Of a stretch of 64,000 bases of DNA, positions 12,761 through 25,816 are shown piece after piece. The notes beneath the pieces are model-generated. The model had not been told where the DNA came from, did no database searches, and saw only the letters and a list, made by a program, of their open reading frames with translations. Source of the stretch: Eledone cirrhosa. Lineage: Eukaryota. The stretch lies in NCBI GenBank assembly GCA_964016885.1, contig OZ024742.1:210242001-210306000 (forward strand), given 5' to 3'. Numbering within the stretch: position 1 is the stretch's first letter; the number at the start of each line of letters is the position of its first letter. A program made the translations under genes and the position numbers.

Positions 12761-13043
12761 TATATATATACATATATATATATAACATATATATATATAT
12801 ATATATACACATACATATACACATACACACACATACACATACACACACATACATACATGTACACACACATAGAAATATATACGCATACACACATACACAC
12901 ATACATATAAAGTCATACACACACAAACACCTACACGAACATACACATACACATATATAAAGATATATATACACACACACACACACACAACACATACACA
13001 CATACACATATATATAAAAAAAATAAATAATAAAGATATATAC

Positions 13044-13098
<55 letters not shown>

Positions 13099-13445
13099 CA
13101 TATATATATACATACACATACATACACACATACATAGACATACATGTACATACATACACGTACATCGATATACATACATATATATATACACACATAGACA
13201 TATACATACATACACACACAACTTACATACACACATATATATACATGTATATTCATACATAGAATTAGATATATAATCATACATACATATGCACTTACTT
13301 ATACTCATATATACAAATACATACGCATCCATATATGCGTATATACATAAAAACACCACTACAACCTCACCTAACTCAGACATACAAATAAAAATAAAAA
13401 GGCATATGTATATACATATATACACGCACTAATAGAGACATATAT

Positions 13446-13509
<64 letters not shown>

Positions 13510-13748
13510 ATTCATATATATATATATATAGATACCCACACACACATACCACCATAAATACACATACAAACACCCACATATATATATATATATACACACG
13601 TATATATATATATATATATACACACACATAAAAAACAGACATGCACATATATATATATTTTTTTACACTTATATATACACATATTATATACACATACACA
13701 ACCTCACATATACACACATACACATAAGTTATATTATAATAATAAAAA

Positions 13749-13787
<39 letters not shown>

Positions 13788-13883
13788 CATATATATATAT
13801 ATATATACATATAAACATATACATACATATATACACACATACGAATATAGACATATAATCACACATAGACATATAATCACACA

Positions 13884-15809
13884 TTGAAAAGACCACACTT
13901 CAACCTGAAGGATCACAAATCTAACTTTAACTCAAATCCTTCTATTAGACTTATATGTCCCTCCAAATCAGATATTGGAATAATTAGCAAAAAAATTTTA
14001 GATAGAGTCATCCCACAAATAAGAAAACACGTTATTTTACCACTCTGGGAAAACACCTCCCAGGTAATTAACTGGTTTAAAAATATTAGGTGTAAATCTT
14101 CTGCTTCATTCCTACAATTTGATATAGATAATTACTATTCTTCTATATCACTTATACTCCTGAACAAAGCATTGATATTTGCTAAAAATAGATCTAACTT
14201 AACTTTGGATGACATTAATATTATTACACATGCTAGACTAACACTTATTTAATTTCAGAATGAATACTGGACCAGAAACACATATAGTAATCTTTTTGAT
14301 ATTACTATGGGTTCAAGCGATTCCGCCCAAATTACTGATCTTGTGGGCCTCTTTCTCCTTTTCAACATAAATGCCTCTTTTCCCCACCTCAAAGGTGGTT
14401 TATATCGTGATGACTGTCTTCTTCTTTCTAACAACCTTAGCCTTTCAGAAATTGAAAAAAACAAAAAACATATTAGAACTTTCCTTAAAGACTATTATAA
14501 TCTTAATATTACTTTTGAAAAAACAAGTAAAGTAGTAAATTTCCTAGATATAACTTTAGATTTAGCTACGGGTATCTACCAACCTTACCATAAACCTAAC
14601 CAAAACTTACATTACATACACTCACAATCTAATCACCCTAAATCTATCCTTAAAAACCTTGCATATAATATATCACTTAGAATTTCTAACCTTTCTTCTA
14701 ACCAAGATGTATTTGATAAAAATGCGACCTTCTATAACGAAGCTCTAGATAGAAGTGGCCACAAAAATAGATTAGAGTATATACCTTCTACTAAAAATAC
14801 TGAAAGCATACAACATAATATTACCAACAAACACCAAATGAAAAGTACACACCTAAATGCCACCCACACTATACCCCAAAATACCAAATCTTCTAATATA
14901 AAGTATAGTAACTCTCAAAAAACTACTCATCATACAACTCTAATAAATATTAATAATAAAACTCCTAATAAAAAGGATAAAACACCTAAATCTACAAATA
15001 TAACTAAAAATAGTTGTGGTGAGATCATTAACATTAATCCTCCTAGTAAAAATCACGATACAACCTATAAAAATAATAAAAATAATAAACAACATAGAAA
15101 CCGTAATAGACGGGTTACTTGGTATAATGCTCCTTTTAATTTACAAGTTAAGGATAATATTGCTAAAAAATTTTTTTATATCCTTGAGAAAAACTTCCCG
15201 CCAAACCACAAATACCATCAAATCTTAAATAGGTCTACAGTTAAATTCTCATACTCTACAACAAATAACATAAAACAAAATATAAGTGCCTATAATGCAT
15301 ATAAATGTAAGAAAACCATAAGTATACCACCAGTACATCAAATTAACCATAATATCTCCTCAAATACAGAATTAACGAAAGGATGTAACTGTAGAAACAA
15401 AGCAAACTGCCCATTAAAAGGGAATTGTCTTGTTAACAACATAGTCTATAAATGTAATGTTAAAACTAAAGATTCTATTTGCTCATATATAGGAGCTACC
15501 TCTAACAATTTTAAGACAAGGTTTAATACCCACAAGAATAGTTTTAAAAATGCCGCACTGGCTAATACAACATCTCTAGCAGAAAAAATCAATAGTTATA
15601 AAAATAAGAATATAGAATATGATTTGACCTGGAGTGTGCTCAAAAGAGCCACCCCTTATCAAAATAATAGAAATGAATGTAGATTATGTTCCCAAGAACT
15701 ATTTGAAATAATGAAGTCTAAGGATATCTTATTAAATAAACGACAGGAATTAATTATATCGTGTAATCATAAACTAAAAAAAACATTTAAATATTATAAA
15801 CCTAATTAA
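13884..15809 (+). pseudogene. 5'-truncated PLE RT/GIY-YIG ORF with a GAA>TAA stop at 14250-14252
   Basis: ORFs 13884-14252 and 14307-15809 are in one frame and match the minus copy apart from P>L and E>stop. Confidence 0.9.
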
Positions 15810-17470
15810 TAACATTATTTTAGAAATTAATTTAATTTAAATGTTATTTAACCTATAAATTTAATTTAATTAAAATTTTATTACAGATGAGAATATAAAA
15901 TATTATGTAATCATAAATTGTGAAAAACCTTTAAATATTACTAATATATACTTAGTAATTTAATTTATAGATTAATTTTAATTTATTTAAACCTTTTATT
16001 ATAATTTTTTTTTTATTATAATTCTTTTACAGATAAAATATAACAAAATAATATCGTGTATCCAATGACAGAGAAATAATTTTTAGTATTATAGACCTAA
16101 TTAATATACATTTTAGAAATATATTTATAATTTGGTTTTAATTTTAATCAACCTAAAAATTTAATTTTAATTTGCTTAAAATTAGTATCCTTATACAGAC
16201 GAATTGCAGAAAGTCATGTAATCATAGAATGGGATGTGTTTTGGATATATACCTAGTTAATATATTCTATGCAATTTTTTGAAAAAGATATGTATATGTA
16301 TATGTGTATGTGTATGTGTGTGTGTATGTATGTGTGTATATATGTATATATATATATATGTGTATATATATGTATATATGTATGTGTATGTATATGTATA
16401 TGTATTAATTTTGATGTCTATTTGCATATAATTATATTATGCTATTGATAAAATACAATATCTGTTTTATGTATTATATACCTAATTAACATATACTATA
16501 GAAATAAATATATAATTTTTAATTTAGTTAACCTATAATTTATATTCTACTACCGATGTAATACTTTATTTTATTTGTTTTTTCCCTATTACTAAATTCA
16601 TTTCCTAATATTGATACCATAACGTTATTAACTTTAATTTAGTTATACTATAATTAATACTCTACTACTATTTAACTTCAAAATTCTGCTTCAAATATTA
16701 TAAACCTAACTAATTTACACCTTAGAAATCAATATGTTAACTATCTTTGGTTTAGTTAACATATAATTAATGGTATACTTGTTTATTTTGAGATGCATAG
16801 ATTTTGCCTTAGTTCTTGTTTATTGTATTTCCTAACACTGAAACTATGTAAAAACATACATTGGATCAAGATACGGAAAATATTCTATGTTTCTTGAAAC
16901 ATATATTTACTATGATCCCCTTCTCCAAACCCCCCCTTTCCCCCATACTATTATCATCTGTATTTGTAAGCGTGTATGTATGAATATATATGTAGGTAAG
17001 TGTCTATATAGGTTTGGGTATTTATATCTGAATATAAAAATACATATATGCGCATGCAAATATGAATGTAAGATTGTGTGTGTATATATGAGTGTGTGTA
17101 TGTATGTATATATGTGTATATATGCATGTATATATGTATGTGTATGTGAATGTGTGTATGTATATGTGTATGTATATATATATATATGTATATATGTATA
17201 TATATATGTATATATGTATATATAGAAATATATATATATATATATATATGTATATGTATATGTGTGTGTATGTATGTGTGTGTATGTGTGTTGTATATAT
17301 ATGTATGTCTCTCTATTTATATGTCTATCTTCGTATCTATGTGATATATGTGTGTGTGTGTGCATGTATGCACATATATGTGTTTATGTGTATATATGTG
17401 TATGTGTGTATATATGTGTGTGTGCACACACATATATATGTGAGTGTGTATATGTGTCTGTGTATATGTA

Positions 17471-17503
<33 letters not shown>

Positions 17504-17592
17504 GGGTGTCTATGTGTGATTATATGTCTATATTCGTATGTGTGTATATATGTATGTATATGTTTATATGTATATATATATATATATATATG

Positions 17593-17631
<39 letters not shown>

Positions 17632-17870
17632 TTTTTATTATTATAATATAACTTATGTGTATGTGTGTATATGTGAGGTTGTGTATGTGTATATAATATG
17701 TGTATATATAAGTGTAAAAAAATATATATATATGTGCATGTCTGTTTTTTATGTGTGTGTATATATATATATATATATACGTGTGTATATATATATATAT
17801 GTGTGGGTGTTTGTATGTGTATTTATGGTGGTATGTGTGTGTGGGTATCTATATATATATATATATGAAT

Positions 17871-17930
<60 letters not shown>

Positions 17931-18283
17931 ATATATGTCTCTATTAGTGCGTGTATATATGTATATACATATGCCTTTTTATTTTTATTTGTATGTCTGA
18001 GTTAGGTGAGGTTGTAGTGGTGTTTTTATGTATATACGCATATATGGATGCGTATGTATTTGTATATATGAGTATAAGTAAGTGCATATGTATGTATGAT
18101 TATATATCTAATTCTATGTATGAATATACATGTATATATATGTGTGTATGTAAGTTGTGTGTGTATGTATGTATATGTCTATGTGTGTATATATATATGT
18201 ATGTATATCGATGTACGTGTATGTATGTACATGTATGTCTATGTATGTGTGTATGTATGTGTATGTATATATATATGTATGTG

Positions 18284-18324
<41 letters not shown>

Positions 18325-18607
18325 GTATATATCTTTATTATTTATTTTTTTTATATATATGTGTATGTGTGTATGTGTTGTGTGTGTGTGTGTGTGTATA
18401 TATATCTTTATATATGTGTATGTGTATGTTCGTGTAGGTGTTTGTGTGTGTATGACTTTATATGTATGTGTGTATGTGTGTATGCGTATATATTTCTATG
18501 TGTGTGTACATGTATGTATGTGTGTGTATGTGTATGTGTGTGTATGTGTATATGTATGTGTATATATATATATATATATATGTTATATATATATATGTAT
18601 ATATATA

Positions 18608-18638
<31 letters not shown>

Positions 18639-18960
18639 CTATATGTTTTTCTATTTGTATATGTATGTGTGTATAGTTATATACCTTTCTCTTTGTATTT
18701 CTAAGTTGTGTGATAGTGTAGTGGTGTTTGTATGTATATACCGATATATAGATGCGTAAGTATTTGTCTGTATGTATATATGTAAGTCTGTATATATTTG
18801 TGTGTATATATAGCTATGTATGTGTATATCTGTATGTATATTAGTATGTAAGTGTTGTATATGTGCATGTATGTGTGTGGTTATATATATGTGTGTCTAT
18901 ATAGTATGTGTGATTATATGTATATGTGTGTGTATATGTACGTATATATACATATATATG

Positions 18961-18995
<35 letters not shown>

Positions 18996-19215
18996 ATATA
19001 TATGTGTATTTGTATGTATATGTGTATATGTATGTATGTGTGTATATGTATATGTTTATATATGTGTGTGTATGTATGTTCTTAGTGTGGATGTGTGTAT
19101 ATGTATGTATGTGTTTGTATATGTGTGTATATTTATGTATGTGTGTGTGTGTGTCTATGTGTATATATATTTATATATATATGTGTGTGTATATATATAT
19201 ATATATGTATGTGTA

Positions 19216-19257
<42 letters not shown>

Positions 19258-19901
19258 CTTGATATATTTCTTTTTTCTTTTTTCTTTTTTCTTTTTTCTT
19301 TTTTCTTTCTATTCTTTCCTCTTTAATGTTTATTTATTATTTTTTATTTTCTTAGTTTATAGATACATCTATATTAGGCAGTCTGCTCAGACCGTTGAAT
19401 ACTGACCTCTCCCCCCCCCTCCCACCTAATTTCTGTATCTTGATCTAAAAATGTGTGTGCCAGTGTTTTATGTGAGTGAATTAATATCCATGTGCTTATG
19501 ATTTTATATCCACATATATAAATGTGAGTGGGGGTGTGTGTGTGTTTGTATGTTCGTGGTTATGTGTATATTTATGCATATACGCGCGTGTATGTGTGAT
19601 TGTACGGATATGTGTGAGTATGAAAAAATATATTTATATACTTAATTTCATACTTGTGTCAATACGCATCTTATCTGTGCATTATAAACTTACAGAGACA
19701 TTAACCTTGAAATTTTGTATTTGCATCCATCCTTTTAGTATGCGTATACAAATTATACATACATTTTTGTAAAATATGTGTAAGTGTTTTACATGTATAT
19801 ACACACACCGAACTGCATTTAACCCTTTGTGTTTTCATTGGTCAATTTTGTTCCCAAACGGACCTGAAATTTTGAATTGTTGTTATTATCAATAAATATA
19901 C

Positions 19902-20055
19902 TTCATTATTTCTGAAGACGGCGTATATATGTGTTGGTATGTATATTTAATCTTGATAATTTGTATAATTTTGTATAATTTTGTACATAGATCTGTTGAA
20001 TATGCATACCAATTCTAACACATATATATCCTAGAAACGATCGTTAAATAATGAA
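19902..20055 (+). ncRNA. Type I hammerhead ribozyme kind B (stem II ~115 nt)
   Basis: ttcattattt-CTGAAGA(19912)-cggcg-tatatatgtgtt-ggtatgtatatttaa...ttgaatatgcatacc-aattct-aacacatatata-tccta-GAAA(20034)-cgatc-GTT-aaataatgaa. Confidence 0.82.
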
Positions 20056-20240
20056 CTTTTTTTGTTTAATATAAGGAATTGTTTATTCATTATTTGTTTA
20101 ATATTTTATCTTGACTCTGTATACCGTTTATCTTTCACCGAAAGTGATTTTTCATTACATCTCTTCTTTCCATGATATCCGGAATACATTGAGTTCTTCA
20201 TACGGATTGGACACTACCGTAAACTCTTGGTAGATTTATC

Positions 20241-20290
<50 letters not shown>

Positions 20291-20365
20291 GTTGTAGTGT
20301 TAAACATTTTTTGGGGATTTAATTTTATATCATATTAATTACCAACTTATAATATTATAATATTA

Positions 20366-21146
20366 CTAGCAGTAAAGCCCGGCGTTGCTCGGGGTCGCTC
20401 AGTAGCTGTGTTAAAGTTACAATGTTAAGTTTCTTTTTTGGCTTAAAAACTGTAGTGTCTACTGTGCAGACTTGCATGTGGTGTTTTTGATTAATATTCC
20501 CTCAACCAACAATATGCCTTATGAAGTTAAGAAAACATAACGATAACCCGAATGGTATAACAAAAGAGGATGCTGGGGATAAAAACTGCACTGGTTATTT
20601 ATTAACAAAGATCGAAAATGTAAACACTGCAACGCAGAGAAAAACATTAGCGTAACCAAATTATCAGTTATGTCTGTCTGCACGCCTATATCACCTCTCT
20701 GCACGACTGTCTGTCTGCACGCCTGAAATATTTGCTTGTTTTACGTAGTCTTTAAATAGACTTGTTTTCAAGTAAAAATATTGTTTTAAAATGCTTTTAA
20801 ATGGAAATGAAGCAAAACGGAAGCTTAGTGTTCGAACTGATGAATTTTGCAGGTCAATATTTTGCTGGCTCGAACGCTGAGAAAGCCAGCGTAATTTTTT
20901 ACGTAAGACGCTCAATGTAAACAGAACAAAGGGAAATAACTGATAACTTACGCTCAAAAATCGATACATTATATTCGATTTCGTCACATAGGGTGGGTCA
21001 ATTTGAAATTTTTTTTTTCCGATGTCTTCGCTAGGGCTCAATGTACAAGTATAGCAATTTCGGTGCAATTCCGTGAGAGATTCTAAGAGGAGATGTGTGC
21101 CAAAAATCGATAGACAGACAGACAACCACAGTTTTATATATATAGA
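20366..21146 (-). mobile_element. Non-autonomous Helitron
   Basis: Minus strand starts TCtatatatataaaac..(gtct)n and ends with the hairpin cccgagcaacgccggg and then CTAG. Inserted between A and T, with no TSD. Confidence 0.82.
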
Positions 21147-21274
21147 TAAGTTGGTAGATAATGTTATAATGTAAAATTAAATCCAAAAAAAATGTTTAAC
21201 ACTACAAGTGAAGTCATTCTTTTCCTTTTTTTCAAATATACCTAACTGCACCAAGGATCTCACACATTTTCCAA

Positions 21275-22922
21275 TCATCATCATCATCATCATCATCATC
21301 CTCATTTTACGTCCGCTTTTCCCTGCTTGCAAGGGTTGGACGGGTCCTATTCAGCACAGCATCTCTCCACCCGTCACGGTCCTTCATCTCCTCCGTGAGT
21401 TTCAACGATCTGAGGTCTGCTCTAACCACCTCCGCTCATGTGTTTCGTGGTCTACCTCTACTGCGTCTTCCCTACACTGGGAATTCCTGGCACTTCTTCA
21501 CCCATCGGTCATCCCCCAGGCGCATCACATGTCCATACCATCTCAGCCTTCTCTCCTGCACACAACTTATCCCTCTTATATCCAGTTTCTTTCTCAACTC
21601 GTCTATGCTTGGTCGTTCACACACATTGACATTGCACATCCAACGGAGCATACTTGTTTCATTTCACTCCAGCCGTCGCATATCTTCTGCAGTTGCTGCT
21701 CATGTCTCACTACCATGCAACATCGCGCATCTCACACAGGCATCATATAACCGTCCTTTCATATGCAGGGAGAAACCCTTCTTTGTCAAAAGAGGAAGCA
21801 GCTCCCTAAACTTCTTCCAACTCGTCCTTATTCTAGATACTATAATCTGATCACCTATGTACAGGAAGCTATCAACCACATCTATAGAACCCAACTGCAT
21901 TGGAAATATGAGTCTATCACATCGATTACCACTGCCAACTTTCCCTGTATATCTACTGCATACGTAGTTTTCCCTACCTGTTAGTTTGCCTACTATCCCA
22001 CTACATCTCTTGTGTAGCCAAGATCTGCATTGCGTACATTTTATGGAATTTATGCCAGTTCCTTTCCTACATATCGAACACGGCCATTTCCCTGATGGAA
22101 TCAGAGTATTGTCCTCTCTTCTACTTATCAACGCCTTTCTTTTAGCTATGTTCACTCTCAAGCTTCTTGATTCCAACTGCTGTTTCCATAGCCAGAATTT
22201 ATTCTCTAGCTCCTTTACTAATTCTGCTATAAGAACCAGATCATCAACATAAAGAAGTTCCCATGGGCAGCCAGTCTTAAACTCCTCCGTTATGGCTTGG
22301 AGGACTATAATGAACAAGAGCGGGCTGAGGACAGAACCTTGATGTACACCTACTTGTATCTGGAATTCCTCACTAAACTCTATTCCTATTCTCACTTTAC
22401 TGACAGCACCCTGTACATAGCTTGCACTGTCCTCACAAGCCACTCCTCTACCTCTAGTTTCCTTAGGGACCACTAGATGACAGATCGGGGTACCCTATCA
22501 AAGGCCTTCTCTAGGTCAAAAGTTAAGTATAGTGGCATATTTTTCTCTAAGAAACCTCTCTTGTAGTTGACTCACTATGAAGAGGGCATCTGTTGTTCTT
22601 TTCCGAGGTACAAAACCAAACAGCATCTCATCCAATTTGACCCTTTCTCTAATCAGTTACGCTAATATTCTCTCTGCCACTGTCATAACCTGATCCATCA
22701 GCTTCATGCCCCTATAATTGCTCCTCTCTAGAGCATCCCTTTTTATGAGAATTTATAACAATTTATGGGAACACTGTTGCACCAGTCTTTGGGTATGACA
22801 CCACCATATATAGCTTGATTAATGATGCGTGCAACTAGTTTAGTGCATACTTCTCCTGAAGCCTTCAGCATCTCAGCAACTATCCCCGACGGCCCAGCAG
22901 CCTTACCATTCTTCCTTAATTG
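21275..22922 (-). mobile_element. RTE-clade LINE, 5'-truncated and decayed (RT, PHD-like finger, (ATG)n tail)
   Basis: GKAAGPSGIVAEMLK, GVHQGSVLSPLLF, LLYVDDLVL and CSICRK..CTQC..HKRC motifs. (cat)n tail at 21275. Confidence 0.9.
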
Positions 22923-22929
22923 CCTCTTG

Positions 22930-23700
22930 TACCCTATATTCGTCAATCACAATAGCTGGTCCCTCAATCGGTGGTTCCTGCCCTTGCGGGAATCGGCCTC
23001 CAGGTCAACTCGGCCAAGTCGGAGGTGGTGAACGTCAGCCTAGATGCTGCGAACTTTGCAGCCTCCGTCTTGGACGTGCGGTCCATTCTCCGCCAGGTTC
23101 AGGTGACCCCCAAAGAGGATGTCCTCATCCTCGGGTCACCGATCCACCTGCCGGCCATCCGCTCCACCATCAGGTCCAGGCTTCAACAGCTCCAGACTCT
23201 CACGAGCCGACTGGGCTTGATTGACGGCCACCCAGCTCTCTTTCTGCTGAGGAACTGCTTCGCCATGCAGAAGCTCCTCTATACACTCCGCAGCGCTCCA
23301 TGCTACACCCAGACATCTCTCCTCGCTAAACCAGGATACTTGTATCCGAGCTGCAGCCGAGGGGATATGCAACGTCAAGTTTGACGACATAGAGTGGCAA
23401 CAGGCCGCTTTACCTGTCAGGTATGGCGGCCTTGGCCTCCGGTCCCGATCTCACTAGCTTTGCCGGCGTATCTTTCGTCGGTAACCTCGTGCCGCGTCCT
23501 TGTCAGCAGGGGTCTTCAAAACACAACAGAACCCTCTGTATTCAGAGAACGTGAGGCCGCCTGTGAGACGTGGGACCGGCTGGAACTTAGCCCAGTAGAC
23601 GTCCCTCTTCCTTCTCCCCGATGAGGTCACAGAATGTGTGACGAAAGAACTTTGACAATATATGAACAACCGTCCGGTTATGGAACCAACCAACCAACCG
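22930..23700 (+). mobile_element. GC-rich CRE-clade-like non-LTR retrotransposon fragment (RT thumb / C-terminal region), frameshifted
   Basis: GLQVNSAKSE, ILGSPI, ALFLLRNCF..KLLYTLRSAPC, WQQAALPVRYGGLG and LALPAYLSS resemble CRE-type RTs. Confidence 0.7.
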
Positions 23701-23794
23701 GAAATTTATAAAATTATTTTAAATTTATAATAAATTGAAGTGAAAGCAACTGGTGCATGTGTTTCTTATTGGCAACATGACCCTCCCAAAGTAT

Positions 23795-23845
<51 letters not shown>

Positions 23846-23874
<29 letters not shown>

Positions 23875-25611
23875 ATACACATACATACATACGTACCTTC
23901 ACAAAACATACAGGTAATATATACTTACCTATACAAATAAGTAATGGTATAAATATAACATATACTTAGCTACCACATCAAGACGTAAAATATCCGCGTA
24001 TAGTTCGTACTATCCGTTAGGGTCTAATGTGGGGCTGTAATACAGGAAAGTTTTGTGCAATTTATGTTTACAAGCCGAAATTGCCTCAGATTTTTTGTTT
24101 AAAATGTGGTCTTTGGCGTAGAGTATTTCCAGAGCCTCAGCGGCGCAGAGGTCACATGGTCTTTTATTTCCGTTATACGATCTAGCCCTAGCTAGGATCT
24201 TCCAGTGTAATTTATATTGGGTATGGTTGTCTTTTAGACTCCAGATATAAGCTGAAAGTGATGTCATATTCCTTCTTAAAGGGTAACGAAAAGAATGGGT
24301 ATGCATGTAAAGACGCTGCTTGAATCTATTGGCGGTTAACCCTATGTAGGCCCTACGGGACGTGGCTGTTTCAACCTTACATTTGTAGACAATGTTACTA
24401 GAGAGGCATTTCCCGGATAGGGGGCAGTCAACCCAATTCCTACAATTACAGTTAGTACTAACTACAGGGTTGCACGTGTTCCTACGGCAAGGTAGTTTAG
24501 CTAAATTTGAAGCTGTAATGTTATGTGCAAGGTTAGGTGTCGTAGAGTAAGAAATTTTAATAGTATTTCTATTAAAAAATTTACTATATTTATGTGTAGC
24601 GGGAAAATGCTTCGTAATAAGGGAGAGAAAGATCTTAGCTAATGGTGTGGCCACCTCCATATTATATGGTGGGTTATACCATATAATGCGTCGGGATCTA
24701 TTTCTTCTAGGTCTATTCTCGTACTCTGTATATGCTAACTTATCGACAAATCCACTCCGAGCAAGAGCTTCATTGTAATATGTGGAATGGTCGTTGAAAA
24801 TATGCCCGTTAGTAGATAGACGGGAGAGCCTCAAAGAAACGTTTCTTACCAGGTTCTTGATTATGCTGGCAGGATGGTTAGAAAGATTACTTATGTAATT
24901 AAGCGTATCATTCGGCTTTCTATACGGGTAATGAAAGCCATTCGATAAATTGAGGGTAACGTCGAGGTAATTAACGACAGAGAGGTTGGCCTCAACCTGT
25001 ATGGAGAGGTTGAAGCCTTTAAAGAAGGCTGTGAGTTCTTTTCTGAACCTGTCGCAAACACGTGGGTCGCACAGTCATGGTCAAAAGACCATCATCACGG
25101 TACAAACCACCGCCCACGTTGGGGAATTCTTCCTTGATAGAGAAAAGAAGGAAAATCCGGTAAGATCAGTAACCTCCGCAGAATCGCTGGCGCCCATACT
25201 CACGTCGAATGGGGTACTATTGGATTTTTTAATCCAAATAGAGTCGTCGAAATTAATCACCGACTTACGGGCATTGAGGATGACATCAACTTCGAAATCC
25301 TTAACCACTGTGTGTGTTTTAGCGAAATTGATAGCTCTAAGGAGAAGTGGTAAAGTGATGGAGGAGTAGTAATTATTGATGTCGAATTGGATAAAACGGC
25401 AACGTTCCTTGTTGCATATGCCGTTGAACCAATCAATCACCACGAAAGAATTGATCCACAGTGCAAGAGAGGCCAAACTTCTAATTTCAGATATAATTCT
25501 ATCAAGAATCCTTTTACTAAGTCTACCTAAATCGGACTTCGTAGGGTTAATAAGCCGAATAGAAGGGTTGTTCGGAAAATTGGATTTGTGATCCTTCAGG
25601 GTAAAGTGGGG
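23846..25611 (-). mobile_element. Penelope-like element family C, 5'-truncated and frameshifted (RT, GIY-YIG, partial 3' UTR)
   Basis: [65 protein letters not shown] and YIGLT motifs. (TA)n on both sides. Confidence 0.9.
24010..24834 (-). CDS. GIY-YIG-containing C-terminal part of the PLE family C ORF (pseudogenised element)
   Basis: IVYKCKVET..AYIGLTANRFKQRLYMH and CDLCAAEALEI..LNKKSE..CKH. Confidence 0.75.
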   Translation of the reverse strand: MRLSRLSTNGHIFNDHSTYYNEALARSGFVDKLAYTEYENRPRRNRSRRIIWYNPPYNMEVATPLAKIFLSLITKHFPATHKYSKFFNRNTIKISYSTTPNLAHNITASNLAKLPCRRNTCNPVVSTNCNCRNWVDCPLSGKCLSSNIVYKCKVETATSRRAYIGLTANRFKQRLYMHTHSFRYPLRRNMTSLSAYIWSLKDNHTQYKLHWKILARARSYNGNKRPCDLCAAEALEILYAKDHILNKKSEAISACKHKLHKTFLYYSPTLDPNG

Positions 25612-25696
25612 ATATATATATATATATATATATCATATGTAACCCATGTGCAACCACGCAGTATTCTTCTTTCTTCTCATGTTTTATATATATATA

Positions 25697-25784
<88 letters not shown>

Positions 25785-25816
25785 TATATTTTTTTTATGA
25801 AAAATATAATATATAT

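Larger units (their letters stand above)
4199..13870 (-). mobile_element. Penelope-like element family B, near full length: upstream pseudo-LTR (~11275-13870), 5' UTR, ORF and ~4.3-kb 3' tail
   Basis: RT plus GIY-YIG ORF at 8542-10983. 4199-6843 is a near-identical direct repeat of 11273-13870, the partial-tandem (pLTR) arrangement typical of PLEs. The left end abuts (TA)n. Confidence 0.92.
13882..20246 (+). mobile_element. 5'-truncated inverted copy of PLE family B, extending into the 5' UTR-equivalent sequence
   Basis: Near-identical reverse complement of 4199-10469, continuing to the equivalent of ~11137. Ends at ctacata followed by (TA)n. Confidence 0.92.
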
